A stretch of DNA of 63,233 nucleotides, filler included, from Atractiella rhizophila (Eukaryota): assembly GCA_021432655.1 (NCBI GenBank). It is 4 parts of 3 records of this genome, joined end to end, with 100 filler letters (N's around TTAATTAATTAA, not from the genome) between each part and the next. Parts side by side here need not be neighbours in the genome. Positions count along the whole stretch, not along the records: positions 37,160 to 62,041 come from MU271618.1; positions 62,142 to 63,233 come from MU271649.1; 2 more parts are not named here. The stretch is one strand, 5' to 3'. The notes beneath the pieces were generated by a model. It did not search any database and was not told where the DNA came from. It was given only the letters and a program-made list of their open reading frames with translations. Made by a program: the position numbers and the translations under genes. Numbering within the stretch: the stretch's first letter is position 1; each line of letters begins with the position of its first letter. Below are positions 51,501 through 63,233 of the stretch, piece by piece.

Positions 51501-53121
51501 GATTGAGCAACGCTCATCACTTCATGCTTCATCGCTTCCATGTAGGCCTTCGTACCGCCTACCGCATCATTCTTTCGCCACCACTCCTGCCACTTGAATT
51601 CTCCAAACGTATCGACCGAGAAACGATGGTAACAATGCCCCGTCCTCCGCTCTTGCATCATCACCTTCACCTCGTTCGAAACCCTTGAGCAATCCATGAC
51701 TATTGCCTCCAATGCTCGCTCAACATCATCTCGAGTGTGGCCCAACTTGATGGCAGGCGTAATGCCAGAACCGAGGGACACAAGACAGGCGATCTCAATA
51801 CTGGATCCCCAAATTCGCTTCGCTTCTTCAACAGCTATCGCTGTAGGATTGTCGCGACCTACGTTAACGTAACCAGTGGAATCCATGTTGATGGGAGGAA
51901 AGAAGGGAGGACGGGCAGCGGTCGCTCTTGCAGCTTCCCAGACCTTGTACGTGGGAGCAGGGAAAAATGGAGATGATGAAGCACCAGGAATATTGTAGGT
52001 GCGCATCTCCGTGGAAACGGTGACATTGGCCTCGTAGGTAGAAACGACAAAAGTCTTGCATCTGACTTGCACAGAATCATCTTTCATGGATAGCGATTTC
52101 GCAGAATCCTGAGAAGAGTTCATATGCCGCTGGATGATAGTGATGAAAGTTTCTTCAAGCTTTTCCGCTGAGTAAGCGTACTCGCCATTTGAGAGGGAGT
52201 CCTTTTCTAGAAAAACTTTCAGGGTGATCTCTTCATATGCCGCAATGCATTGGCGAACGGTCATTCCGAGCCTCCCAAGCATAAGTGCGATCCATCCCCC
52301 AGTGGAAGTTCCACAAATGAGATCAAATATATCGCAAGGACGAAGGTCCTCGCCTTCCGGCACATCGAGAAGTTGTGCAGCTTGAAGCATGATCTGTTCC
52401 AGCATGTATGGAGCGGAAAAGGAACGGATGCCTCCATTGTCGATGCAAAGGATCCGCAATCCCTTAGGATTCGCTTTCTTGATGTTCTCGGCAACCGCAA
52501 AGATCTTGACAGGATGATCCGCAGACATGTAGGTGAAAGCAGGATTGGATGGTAACGGCACAAGTTAGAAGGGCAGGGTTGGGCCCGATTGTGGAAAATT
52601 GAGGAAAGTGTGAGGTTTAAGTCAGTTCTAGCACCAATCCCATCAGGCTGGCTCCTGAGCGTTACGCGGATAAATGAAGCAAAAAGGACAGATATATCGG
52701 TATCCTTTGATCCCTTGTCATCGCATTCAAGGGTTACGATCAATGATGTGGGGAACACAGACGCAACTTGCAAGCTCGACAATCAATTTGTTTTCCCCCG
52801 TGGTTCTTGTTCTGATGGATCTTCCCCTTTCGCGGGCGTCCGTGTCAGAAATACGTATATCGCAGCAAATAAACTGAAGAACGCTAAAAGGTGGCTACTT
52901 TTCTGGTATGGAGACAAGTTCAACATCAGGTAGATATTTCACCCTTCTCTATGAAAGAAAATGCGACAGGGCAACATCTCGATACCCAATACTCAAATGA
53001 TGATTCAACTCACAAGGATGTCTTTGACTGTCTCGCTGGACGTTAAGCTGCGCTGTGATAAGACAGGTTCCTGCTCTTGGATTCCCAACCGTCCGCCTTC
53101 CGATTGGCTGTATTTGGTCAT
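48563..53121 (-). CDS. NLR-like protein: patatin-like phospholipase, STAND P-loop NTPase (NB-ARC-like), TPR array; frameshifted at ~49860 as assembled
   Basis: LRILCIDNGGIR, FDLICGTSTGG, WEAARATAA; Walker A GGAGNGKST, Walker B LLILDNFET, MLAPIREY; 40-aa TPR repeats. Introns near 51443-51490 and 50291-50349; first exon from 53121 is tentative. Confidence 0.88.
48918..49968 (-). repeat. Tandem array of ~8.5 near-identical 120-bp units encoding 40-aa TPR repeats
   Basis: Full units begin at 49021, 49141, 49261, 49381, 49501, 49621 and 49741; consensus GLAHCIRSMGEIEQRRGKNEEALKQFEEAKQLYLVVEDRR. Confidence 0.97.
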
Positions 53122-54343
53122 TAGTAGGGTCAGTGTTGGATCAATGTCTGTCTGGAGCCTGATTTGAGCGCCCGAGCGCTCAAGCTTGCACAAAAATGGA
53201 GAAAGGATTATCTGGCCTACTACGAAAGAAGGTGTCCAAGTCAGCAATCGTTGAATTTCAAGCCCAAATCGAAGTCGTGGCCATTGGTCTGAGGTTTGTG
53301 AACAGTTATTCACTTTCTGGTGTCATTTCTCTCCCTGACAAATCCTAGAGAGCAGCTCATCTGGTCGACAGCTTTCTCCTCACCCTTGAGATGATACCAT
53401 CCATCTCCACAATCATAGATAAACACTATGATCGAAAATTATTCTTTTTCCACGATCTTGTAACGGAGCAAACATTTCTGTTTAACCTGCCGCTACTTCT
53501 CGAGGAAATAGGCACAGCAGCGAGTACACGAGACAGGATTTACGTCAATGTATCATCAGCGACTCCCACACTGGTTAGTGTTGACTGTTGCATATCAAGT
53601 TGGAGAACCCACGGCTGCACACCAGATAGAAACTCCAGCTTTCCTCTTGACAACCCTCGCCAACCTCCACGAACTACTAAAGGAAGTACCAACCTCACAA
53701 TCCTATGTCATCGTCACTTCCACCTGGCAAAATGATGCCATGTTGTTCTCCCCAGTTTCGAGTATTTCTCCATCCGCACTCGTCTACGGCGACGACGGTG
53801 TGAAAGGAGTCTACCCACTGCGACGTGCCTGGCCGTCCCTAGCCGGCTGGCTGCTCTCCTACTTAGTCATCTACGTCCAACTGCCCAATTCAACATTGGG
53901 AGATCCGACGGGTAAATTTGTTCGGAATGAAGAGGAAGAAGGTAACTGCCTTGGCACAGAGGAGCTGTGGCTTGTGCGAGGCGAATGGCGGTCTGTCCCT
54001 TCTCACTTCGTGGCTTCCTTGCATTAGATGGGTGGGATTGTTGACAAAATTGCAGCGGGACACAATTCCTCTCTTTCTCTGTGCCTGCTCGATTGATTCC
54101 TCGTTCGAAAGTGCTCGAGATTGCACACCACCTAACGTTGAGGTTCAAGTCTAGGTTGCTAGAGAGAGATGAAGAGGGTGATGGAAGCCTCAGGGTATGG
54201 GTTCAGGATGAAGTAGCGGTGCTGGATCGTGTTGCTTTGTAAATAGTGACTTAAAACGAAACTGCGTTGAATTACTCGAAGACGTAGGAATGAATAGATA
54301 GATGAGATCGTCCTTCCTACATTGCCAATGCCAACAAACAAAT

Positions 54344-55686
54344 TCAGAATGTCGAGATACTATTCCAAATTGTCAGCAAATTCTCATCGTTCGATAAGAA
54401 ACGAAAGTAGGGAGAGACCCACTAATCACCAATCCTGTCCCTCGCATCCTGAGCGATACACTCTGCGATCCACCCAATACTCCTAATCTCCTGCTCCTTT
54501 AATTTGAAGAAGCTGTAAAAGACGCCATATTGGAATTGCTGGAGGAAGCTGAGTTTGTTCAGGTGAACTTCATATTTGAAGAACTCCGTCTCGAGCTTCT
54601 CTGCCTCCTGCGAATATTCCCCTTCATGCCCGCCTCCAGAACTGGAACTCAAAAACTCCCTATACTCAGGAATATTATCCAACACCTGTTTCACCTGTTC
54701 CAGGTCCTCCGCTCTCGCCAGGGCATTGTTCCCTTCAGGATAAAGGCGTCCAAAATCCGGAAACAAGTTGGCGCGCTGTTCCTTGCTCAAACCAGTCCCG
54801 AAAGAGTTGATGGTGATGTTGATAGACCTCCGGTCGGCTTCGAATTGGAGGATTTGAGACATGACGTCGGGGGTGGGAGAAGGGAGAGTTTGGCAATAGG
54901 AGTGAAAGTCGGAAAGGTATGCACTGTAGAGGGTCGAGCGAATGATCTCGATGTTCAGGTCGTCCAAATCGGTGGCTGAAAAACACTCTTGGAAATAGGG
55001 TGCTACGTGACCTCGAATCATTTCTGCAGTCCAAACAGCAACAGTGAGAGTGCGAACCTAAAGGCGTTTCAACTAGCACAGTGTTGTACAGCTCTTCCAC
55101 GTTAGTGGCCACGCAGAGAGCTGGCATGGAATCGAACATCCCCAGCGGGTGGCACCGCTCCAAGAGCTCATGAGTGTCCCGCTCGTGAAGGGTGCCTGTG
55201 ATGAGGAGGATGACCTGAACGAAGATCAGATTCTGCGCCTTCCAATGGACAGAGGAATCCGCACGTTGTCAATCATGTATGCGTAGCTGCTCGGCAAGCT
55301 CAGCTCTTGGTCCCAAATCCACAAAAGAGAAGAACGCACGTAATATACTCCAAGAACTTGGAGAGCGGCTCCACAGCATTACTCTTAATGTAATTGAACT
55401 CATCCACCATCTTCTGTGTCGCCTTCTCCGAAATGGTCGCGGTGGAAATGGGAGGGGGTTCATTAGCTAAGAAGTTCCCATAGTCTCTATTCACCACAGA
55501 CACCGCGTCACCATCACCAATAAAGGAGCGAAAGACGAACGTGGCGGATAACTGCATCTTGAAGTCCTCAATAGTCTCACATTGGCAGAGGTTCGAGTAC
55601 TGCCCCTGTGTCAACAACCCTGCTTTATAGCCTCGCACTATAGCCTCGAGGTAGCCCGACGAAGTGTTGAAGAAAAGCCCCTCCAT
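54344..55686 (-). CDS. VMA6: V-ATPase V0 subunit d, multi-exon
   Basis: MEGLFFNTSSGYLEAIVRGYK, ERCHPLG, DLDDLNIEIIR, FEADRRSINITINS, KLKEQEIRSIGWIAECIAQ. Confidence 0.96.
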
Positions 55687-56014
55687 CCTTGTTCCCTAGA
55701 TATGGTCAACTCAGACGAGGTATGGTGCTTGGTTCCTGCCACCTTTGGTTGTGGAATCGTGATTGGTCGTGGTTTGTTACTACTTCCGACCGCCCACAAC
55801 TCCACAATGTACAACTTTGTTGTTTCCAATCACTTCACTTTCACCTGATTAACCTCGCTGTTTTCATCAGTGGGAATAATCTGAAGCTAAGGGGGATACC
55901 CATAAAGTAGGAAATATCTTCAGGTTGTTTACTGGAACGCGAAATTGCCTATGACACAACTAGACAGAATGATATTGAAAACCGAATTACTGAGGGCACA
56001 TAAATACTTCCCAC

Positions 56015-59000
56015 TTATTCTACAGTTATCATTGAAGAATCGAGCCCCAAAGAATTCAATAAAATGTTGACATTGCGCTGTGAGCCCACGTGAGAGGGAA
56101 GTCAACAACTGAGGCAATGGACGCACGAGTTTCAGAGCTTTCTCTTCCTCAGTCCCGGCCCATCCCCTATTAACGGCATTGACATTCTCAAGAACCTTGT
56201 CCTTCACCTCGGTAACAAGAATTTGTTGTTGATCCGCATCTGCACAAACAGCACAGGCGGCCAAAAATTGCCAAACAGGTTCATCTTCCAATTCGATGTC
56301 TGGCCGTATTGGGTGACTCTGGAAGGCGCCGGTAAGGTAATAAGAAGACCCGAAAGGGAGATTTGCTGCTGCACGACAGGATGGGAACAGTGCGAGAAAG
56401 TTGGAATGCAACGAGCGGAACAACAGGTCGAAGGTCCGTTGCCTATTCAATGTTAGAATATGTGACAGTGTCGTAGAAAGGACCAACCATTGCTCGATAT
56501 CGCTATCCTCCGGTGGAGGCTGCGATTGCTTCAGAGTTTCCGCCTTGCTGACGAAGGAGATGAGGAACGCCAATCCGGGCTGTAGATGAAAAAAGGGGAC
56601 ATGAGTTGCGCAAGCAGTGGGGGAAAGCTGCGTACTCTGGTCGTCGCAATCCTCACAATGTCATTCCTTTGCATCATCAGGTGCAACAATCCAGTCACGA
56701 GCCGTAAGCTAGTTACTCTGTCCACAACCCCTATTACCAGAGGAACTATTGTGCTTTGGAACACATCTGTTTCCGCCTCCACTTCCGCGACCCTGTTGGC
56801 TGGCGCAATGAGCGGATCCGTGATGTCCAATATCGGAGCGTCGCGCACAACGTCCAAGCTCTGGAAGTTGCCAACGAGGAGAGATAGCATGGCCATCGTT
56901 TGTTCCTCGGAGAGGTGGCGAACGGCACGAACCAAAAGCCTCTTTCCCTTTGAAACAGAGAGCAAGGAGATGAAGGGATGAGGATTGCTGGTGGCCCATT
57001 AACCCCGCCATTACCAATCCAGAGGCACGCACCTTGTGTCCAGGGGATCTAAAATCCGCAGATCTGTCCACAGTGCCTGAACCAGTTCGGTGTACTTAAG
57101 CTGCCTGTGAACAGCACTCAGCACATTCTGCAGGTGAGCAGAAAGCACGCACCATTCATTCAATTCCTTCTCCTCTTGCTCAGTCAACTTCTCGCCTGTT
57201 TCCTCGGCTTGCCTGCGTTTCGCCATCATATTTGTCCGTATGAGCTGTTCCAAATCAAGCACAATATCCCAAAGCTTTTCGAGAGCTACGAGAACTTGAC
57301 GCCGAGTCAGCGCTGGTTTCTGGCCTTCGGTTTGCGGTTGTAGGGGAGCAGCAGCAGCAGCTGGAGCCTTCTCCTCCTTAGAAGTTGATGGACCGCCAGA
57401 AACCTGCAGTAGCTGCCTGGGTTGACTTGCTGTGCGCAGCGCAATCTTCCCTAAAGCGCCTTCAAGAGACACTGGCAAGTCGTCAACAAAAATTACTGAT
57501 GATCTATCAAACTAAGGCGTACGCTCGGTTCCTCGAGGTTTCTTCTTTGCTTCATTGACCAGCCGTTGGACTTGCTGAGCCATTTTAGCCATAGCATTCT
57601 CTCGGCGCGTGAGGCGACGATTTGCAGCGTTACTCTGGCTTCTCCCACGCCGACCGATTTCATGAGAGTCTTTTGTTGGACTGTTAGAACCGGCTGGCCC
57701 ACCAGCCGCCTGAGCTTGCTGAAGCTTGATGCCCTTGAGAACGTGAAAGTAGAAGTCATCAATGTAAGGGTCTTCAGATACGAGTTGCGAAATTTGGATG
57801 CGGGTGATAAAGTCTTTGTCCGACTGGGTCATGAGATTGTTGTATTTTGCCTGCAAAAGGGATCAAATCAGCCATCAGCGCAAGGGGAGTACCGACAGTT
57901 TCAGCAATCTTCTGTGCTTTCCTCCGTCGTTTCTCCTCCATTTGTTCGTGTTGCTCGATGGTAGCTTGTGCGTTCCGAATCACCTCGTCCTTCTCCCTCT
58001 TCCTGTCCTTCCCATCAGCGCCATTATTTCGCATACTATCCCGCTCCAGAGCAGCTTGCATGTTCCTCTGGATTTGAGCGTTCGCTAGCATCTGGAGTTG
58101 ATACTGATTTTGCAACTGTTGTTGCCGGAGATGCATTTGGAACTGAGCTGGACTAAGACCCATCTGCTGAAGTTGCTGCATCTGTTGCATTTGAAGCGGA
58201 TGAGGGAACGAGCTTTGACGATGCTGATCCCCAGATGATGTCCTGGAATGACCGCCGTCGACCATGGCCTGCTCTGTCTCATAGAACGTTCGATCAAGAG
58301 GTCTCTGTATGGGAGAGCCCTGCACGACGGGGCGACCAAACTGATCCAGCTGGATGGACGCAATACCTGGACTCCCACCCTGACGCTGACGTTCGCGATA
58401 CCGCAGATATTGCTGTTGCTGTTGGCGAGCGATGTCATAGGCGTTCATTCCGTCTGGTGTCATGATCCTTTGAACGTCGCCTGGGTAGAGAGGTTGGGAT
58501 GATCCGCCACCGAAAGGAGAGATATGCTGGAGCGAAGACATTCGAGAGTGGCCCATGGATTGTGCAGGCAAACGAGGAGGAATCGTATTGCCAGAGGCAT
58601 GAGGCAAATGATCACCTAGATTCGGTGGAGCGCCCTGTTTCTGCGCCGCTTTCGCTAGCATCTCTGCCTCCACCTCAGCAAGAGTTAAAGCCCTCGCCCC
58701 GCCGGTAGTCCCGGAAGCAGCAAGATTGTGCTTTCCAGCTCCCGCCATGAGCTCCGCTTCTATCTCTTCGACTGTTCGTATCTGAGGTTTCTTGAACGGA
58801 GTGTCCAAGGGAGAAAAGGATTGTTGTGCATTTTGGGACCAGGTTGGGCTATCGAAAGTTGACAATGCGGAAGGGAAACTTTCGCGGGAAACTTTAGCTT
58901 TACCCTTCATCCTCCTACTCGACAACAACGGATCTTCGTCATCATCGAACCCAAGGAGGGGATCCGCTGTTCCCCAATCCTTCGCTAGCTTGCGCGTGGT

Positions 59001-59480
59001 GGGTTCCGGCAGCCGTGTAGAATGAGCAGTAGCGGAAGAATTCCGAGGGCTTGAAAGAGACTCGACAGCATTTTGGCTAGAAGGCTTTCCAAGAAAACGA
59101 GATGTGGAGCCAGCAAAATCAAAGTCCTGACCTGGGTAAATAATATTGTTAACAGCTGAACTATATAACGTAGTACAATGGCCGGGTCATGGGTCGTAAT
59201 GGGTAGATATTGTTATTCGAACGGAACAAGCACAAGCTTCCCTCATCGCGATGGACAAATTCGAAGAAAAGCTCTCACCAAATGTCCCCTGGTCCAATTC
59301 CAGCGCATCACCGCCAAACGTCTCATCGTTCAAATCATTGACTGCCCCTTCATCAAGTTCCAGTGAGTCCCCGAACTCATAAATGGTGAGGTCCTGCCCT
59401 GAAACTCCCTTCAGAGAGTTGATGCGATCGTCTAACGTAAGGTCGGCAGGTAGAGTGGTATCAAAGCCGAAAAACGACAT
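56015..59480 (-). CDS. PAT1: mRNA decay factor Pat1, multi-exon
   Basis: MSFFGFDTTLP, LNDETFG, Q-rich middle, KYNNLMTQSDKDFITRIQISQL..DPYIDDFYF, SLEGALGK, SVSKGKRL, NVN..L..LGLD. Confidence 0.93.
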
Positions 59481-59711
59481 TTGTATATGCCAGATACACG
59501 CATCCGCTATAACAAACGCGGTCTCTTCGTATCTCTTGATGGAGGCGCTTCACTGTTAGCAATTCTCTCTCGCCGCAAAATTTGTCGCTTTGGTTGTTTG
59601 TGCTAGGTTAGGGTTCCCGGCAATCTGAAGGCATCACTGTAAAACAATGACCAAGCACAAGATGCTAACATGCTCCTTGTGAGGTAATGAAATACTAGAT
59701 TGCATCATATT

Positions 59712-60596
59712 TTATTCCTCTGGCTCGCTTTCAGGATCAGACTCAATTTTTCTCTTCTTTCGACCCCTCGTTGTCTTTTTTGCACCTCCGTTTGCCGTAG
59801 ACGTCTTTCCCGCTCCCACCGCGGCTTCTTCAGATTCGCCTTGATCACTTTTCTTCCTTTTGTTGGTCTTGGCTACCTTCTTAGCCTTCTTCTCCTTGAT
59901 TTTCTCTTCTTCCAGCCAGTCTTCCCAACCACCTTTGATCCCAAGGAGCTTCACGGCCTCGTATACGATAGGCTCGACGGGTTGGACTGACAAACGTCCT
60001 CTTTTGATCAGCGTCATGTCTTTTATTCCCGAGAGCATCGAGTCGCTCAAGTATGAGAGGGGTTCAGGAAGCGCAGAGAGTGCTGCGATGCTTTGAAGGA
60101 GTTTGAGGGATACTAGATGCGGCAAGCGCTCTTGGAATGCAACGTCCACCTAGAAATGGTTAGTGATTCACTGAAAGGGAGTGAATCAGGTACCATGAAC
60201 CACTTCGGGTTATCCTTGTCCGATTTCGCATCGTAGTATGGATGAGTCTCGTCGAACGCAGTGTGATCCACGTAGCCTTCCTTCGCAACCTCAGCCAGTG
60301 CCGCGACCCCTTCGAGAATAATATCAATATCCATTTCTAGCAGTCATCAAACCATCAAAATGCTTACCGGGTTCCTTGCAATTGCTGTGATAGAAGAGTA
60401 TGCCGTCGCCAACTTTCATGTCATTCTTCATGAAGTTTTTCGCTTGAGCATTGCGAACGCCATCCCAAGGCGAGACACCAAGCGTTTCAAAATGATCGAC
60501 CGAGAAGGCGACGTCCTTGCCCTTTACTATTCTAGACTCCGGTTCTGCTTTCATGAGCCAATAACGGCGAGCTGGTGTTGTGTCAGAGTCTGCCAT
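59712..60596 (-). CDS. EVE-domain (thymocyte nuclear protein 1-like) protein
   Basis: YWLMKAEP, WDGVRNAQAKN, FYHSNCKEPG, HPYYDAKS...PKWFM, RGRLSVQPV; basic C-terminal tail. Confidence 0.9.
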
Positions 60597-60842
60597 TTTC
60601 GCGGTAGCCGAAAGATGCTGCTGGAAACATCGTCAGTCATTGAAACTTGACATCTGTTGCTTTGGTCGTGTAGGTAGTTAGAGAGAGAGTGAAAGCCGAG
60701 ATGACAAGGGAAAGACAATGGCGAGAACAAACAAATCCTTGTACAAAGAGAAAATTCATTGAGTAAACATCATATCCTTCCCAACAGTGATTTTCACCTA
60801 GCAACAGTGACAGCATAAAAGCTGCACAATCTAGGGTAATTC

Positions 60843-60866
60843 CAATCTCAATCTCAATCTCAATCT
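60843..60866. repeat. (CAATCT)4 microsatellite
   Basis: Four exact hexamers just upstream of the ATG at 60895. Confidence 0.9.
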
Positions 60867-60894
60867 TCGTCTTCTAGAAAGCACGATATCAATC

Positions 60895-62041
60895 ATGGAC
60901 GGAAACTCTCTCGGCACGTTTCAAGGTGAACTAAGCGACTCGTTCATGGGCAAGAATATTATCTCTGGCAGAGATAGAGACGGAGGAAGGGAAGGAACTT
61001 TTATAGCGAAGGAAGACGAAAATTCCAGACACTTCGACATAAAGACTGGAACGCCCCTGTGTGGCTTTTCGTTGGAAGAAGCTGAAGGTGAAATGAAGAT
61101 GAGTGACTTCACGGAATGTCGTGACAGAGATATGGAAAAGCGCGTCGCCGAAACAACTCAACAACCCAGGCAATTGTGAATCCTTTTCATCTGGCTGAAT
61201 ATCTATGTTAATGCTGAACGACCAGGCCACTTCTCGAGAAGACCCATGCACAACTCAACGCGGCCACACCTATGTCAAAAACAAGGCTGTGAGTTCTTTC
61301 CGTGATGTAGACCCGCACCTTTGACGCTAGGCAACCAGGGAAGCGCTTGTGAGGACTTATGCACAACTCGACGCGGCTAAACCTGTGACACAAAGGCCGT
61401 GAGTGGTTTCAGTCCATCAGTCTGAGCTCGCAACTGACGCTGGGCGGCCAGAGCACCACTCGTGAGGACTTATGCACAACTCAACTTGGGTCCTCGGGCC
61501 TGAAAGGGGAGACGCAGGAACTCCTGGTCCTCCAGCTGATAACAGCGCTCGCTACAGGTCCGCAAGCTACTGTTCCACACCCTCTGTGTTACGTTATAAA
61601 TGTTTAAATAAAGAATGACTAAGGAGTACTCCAACTTGCACATGTCCTTGATGCTTGACTCAGACCACAAGCATTGCGCAAGTGTTGGGATCCGTTGAGT
61701 TGCAGGATTTCCCCGTCGCAGGCATGAAAACAAGAAACTTCCACACGAGGCACAGTTAAACAAATGGGTAGAATCTTGCCCCACTGAGCTATTGATATTA
61801 CGATGAGACTACGTAGAACAATACCACTAGAAGCATTGGCAAAGGCAGATGAAATATTGGGCACTATAATATATTTAGGCAGCTATGAGATCTTCACGCC
61901 TCATGGAACGCGTTTGCAAACGCTTCCCGTCAAAGAAAAGGGGAAAGATATTGAGGGGAAAGATGCTCTGTGCTCAACTAAAGACGTCGAGCAAATTGAC
62001 GAACTTGGATACATGAGGACTCTAAATGCCCTTGCAAAGAA
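60895..62041 (+). CDS. Hypothetical multi-exon gene, 3' truncated by gap
   Basis: ORF pieces with GT..AG boundaries and repeated mini-exons at 61240-61490; no family recognised. Confidence 0.4.
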
Positions 62042-62141
62042 NNNNNNNNNNNNNNNNNNNNNNNNNNNNNNNNNNNNNNNNNNNNTTAATTAATTAANNN
62101 NNNNNNNNNNNNNNNNNNNNNNNNNNNNNNNNNNNNNNNNN
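62042..62141. other. Artificial contig spacer (44N-TTAATTAATTAA-44N)
   Basis: Same layout as the other two spacers. Confidence 0.97.
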
Positions 62142-62196
62142 ATTGATACTCTTTTACAACCTAATGTACACGCTGACAGAATGGGTAGACCAGTTC

Positions 62197-63233
62197 ATGC
62201 TTCGCGCCGTCTCCCAAATCTCGTGGTCACGAACAGCGCCTTCTTTTTGGCAAAAACTTGAACAGCGTACTCCCTCCACGATTCGGCATGATCGAAAAGG
62301 CTTTACGCCTTGTCAGACTCGGCTTCTCCACTTACCCTACTCCGTCTTACAGCCTCCACGTCCTCCTCCACGTCCTCTTCCCCTAACGCCATCCGATGCC
62401 ATTCGCTCCTACCTCAATGCAAGAGCATCGCCTGAATTCCAACTTTGTCTCCATGACATTCAGCCGATTGTGCAGGCAGTCATAGCCAACAGAGAAAGAG
62501 CAATATTGTCGATGTTGCAGGATGACGCGGACAAACTATCACTGTTGCAGAGCTATTCAACCTCAGCACAAGCTTGGGGAAGCATTCTGCATTCTGTTTC
62601 CCTGCACAGTCCAAAGGAGCTGCTTAGCAGCAAAATTAAAGCATCGGAAGTAATTTTGATGTGGTCCAAAGTAGTAACCTATGCTTCCGCTGCCGAAGAT
62701 TACGATCCCTCTTCTCCAAACGACCTGTCTTCCGCGAGCGAAGAACGACTCTCGCCTCAAGCTGCACTTTTGGTTTTACAGTCAATCAATACGATCGGTT
62801 TGGAAGAAGTTCAAAGAAGCGTTCAGGTTAACATAAACCGCCTCCTTTGGGCAGTGCGCGCATTGACTAGGCCGATCATCGAAGACCCTTCCGCCCTCGA
62901 CTTTCACATCAAGAGCGTTCAGCTTCTCCACCTTATACTTCATCTTGCACAGTGGTCTTATCCTCCGTCATCTTTTCCCAAAGAAATCCTGTCTGCTACA
63001 TTCGAAATCTATAACTCAATCATTTCCAAATCCATTGTTTCTACAACCTCCTCGATTGCCGGATCCAATCTTTCGTTAGGTGTGCAAGAGGTCACCAGTA
63101 TAACCCCTGATGAGCGATTTGCCTTTTTCCGCTTGATTATCCTTCGTACCATAGCACGAGAACTGGCCGACCGTCAAGAGTGGCACCTGTGTTTTACTGC
63201 GTTTAAGGGCCTCGCCGTGCAGAACTTGACATG
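62197..63233 (+). CDS. Long ORF open to the window end, with possible mitochondrial presequence
   Basis: MLRAVSQISWSRTAPSFWQK... reads about 345 codons with no stop; absent from the ORF track because it is unterminated. Confidence 0.7.
   Translation, partial: MLRAVSQISWSRTAPSFWQKLEQRTPSTIRHDRKGFTPCQTRLLHLPYSVLQPPRPPPRPLPLTPSDAIRSYLNARASPEFQLCLHDIQPIVQAVIANRERAILSMLQDDADKLSLLQSYSTSAQAWGSILHSVSLHSPKELLSSKIKASEVILMWSKVVTYASAAEDYDPSSPNDLSSASEERLSPQAALLVLQSINTIGLEEVQRSVQVNINRLLWAVRALTRPIIEDPSALDFHIKSVQLLHLILHLAQWSYPPSSFPKEILSATFEIYNSIISKSIVSTTSSIAGSNLSLGVQEVTSITPDERFAFFRLIILRTIARELADRQEWHLCFTAFKGLAVQNLT

Noticed and set aside
23722..53121. Gasdermin-like pair and NLR as one physically linked immune cluster
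   Set aside because: They are separated by housekeeping genes and a contig spacer at 37060, so linkage cannot be shown from this window.
53391..54154. Possible small gene between the NLR and VMA6
   Set aside because: Overlapping short ORFs on both strands with no recognisable motif or consistent splice path.
12555..62141. TTAATTAATTAA palindromes inside N runs as a biological motif
   Set aside because: Identical 44N-12-44N layout three times, with stops in six frames and genes cut mid-CDS: an assembly linker.

Overview
Eukaryotic, intron-rich fungal DNA. Short GT-AG introns, CTRAC-like branch sites and a CAP59-type gene suggest a basidiomycete (lineage is inference). Three artificial 100-bp spacers (44N-TTAATTAATTAA-44N) split the window into four contigs, so adjacency across them is unproven. 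Housekeeping genes: ALG12, CAP59-like GT69, ARG3, an RGG-rich protein, an MTM1-type mitochondrial carrier, BEM1, VCX1, two cytochrome P450s, YDJ1, an MKK1/2-type MAPKK, SSC1 (truncated), VMA6, PAT1 and an EVE/THYN1 protein. Two accessory regions stand out. (1) 23.7-30.2 kb holds a tandem pair of paralogues whose N-terminal motifs resemble fungal gasdermin-like pore-forming proteins, fused through an S/T-rich linker to an unrecognised Cys-containing C-terminal domain; each copy has a frameshift. (2) 37.2-53.1 kb is a nested transposon island (two IS630/Tc1-type transposases, a 124-bp MITE with perfect TIRs, several LTRs of one family, a spliced antisense gene beside a 3' LTR) directly against a patatin-NTPase-TPR NLR-like immune receptor. 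That receptor has near-identical 120-bp TPR repeats, a frameshifting intra-array deletion and a degenerate patatin catalytic motif. All calls come from motif reading by eye; no searches were run, and ends of spliced genes are approximate.
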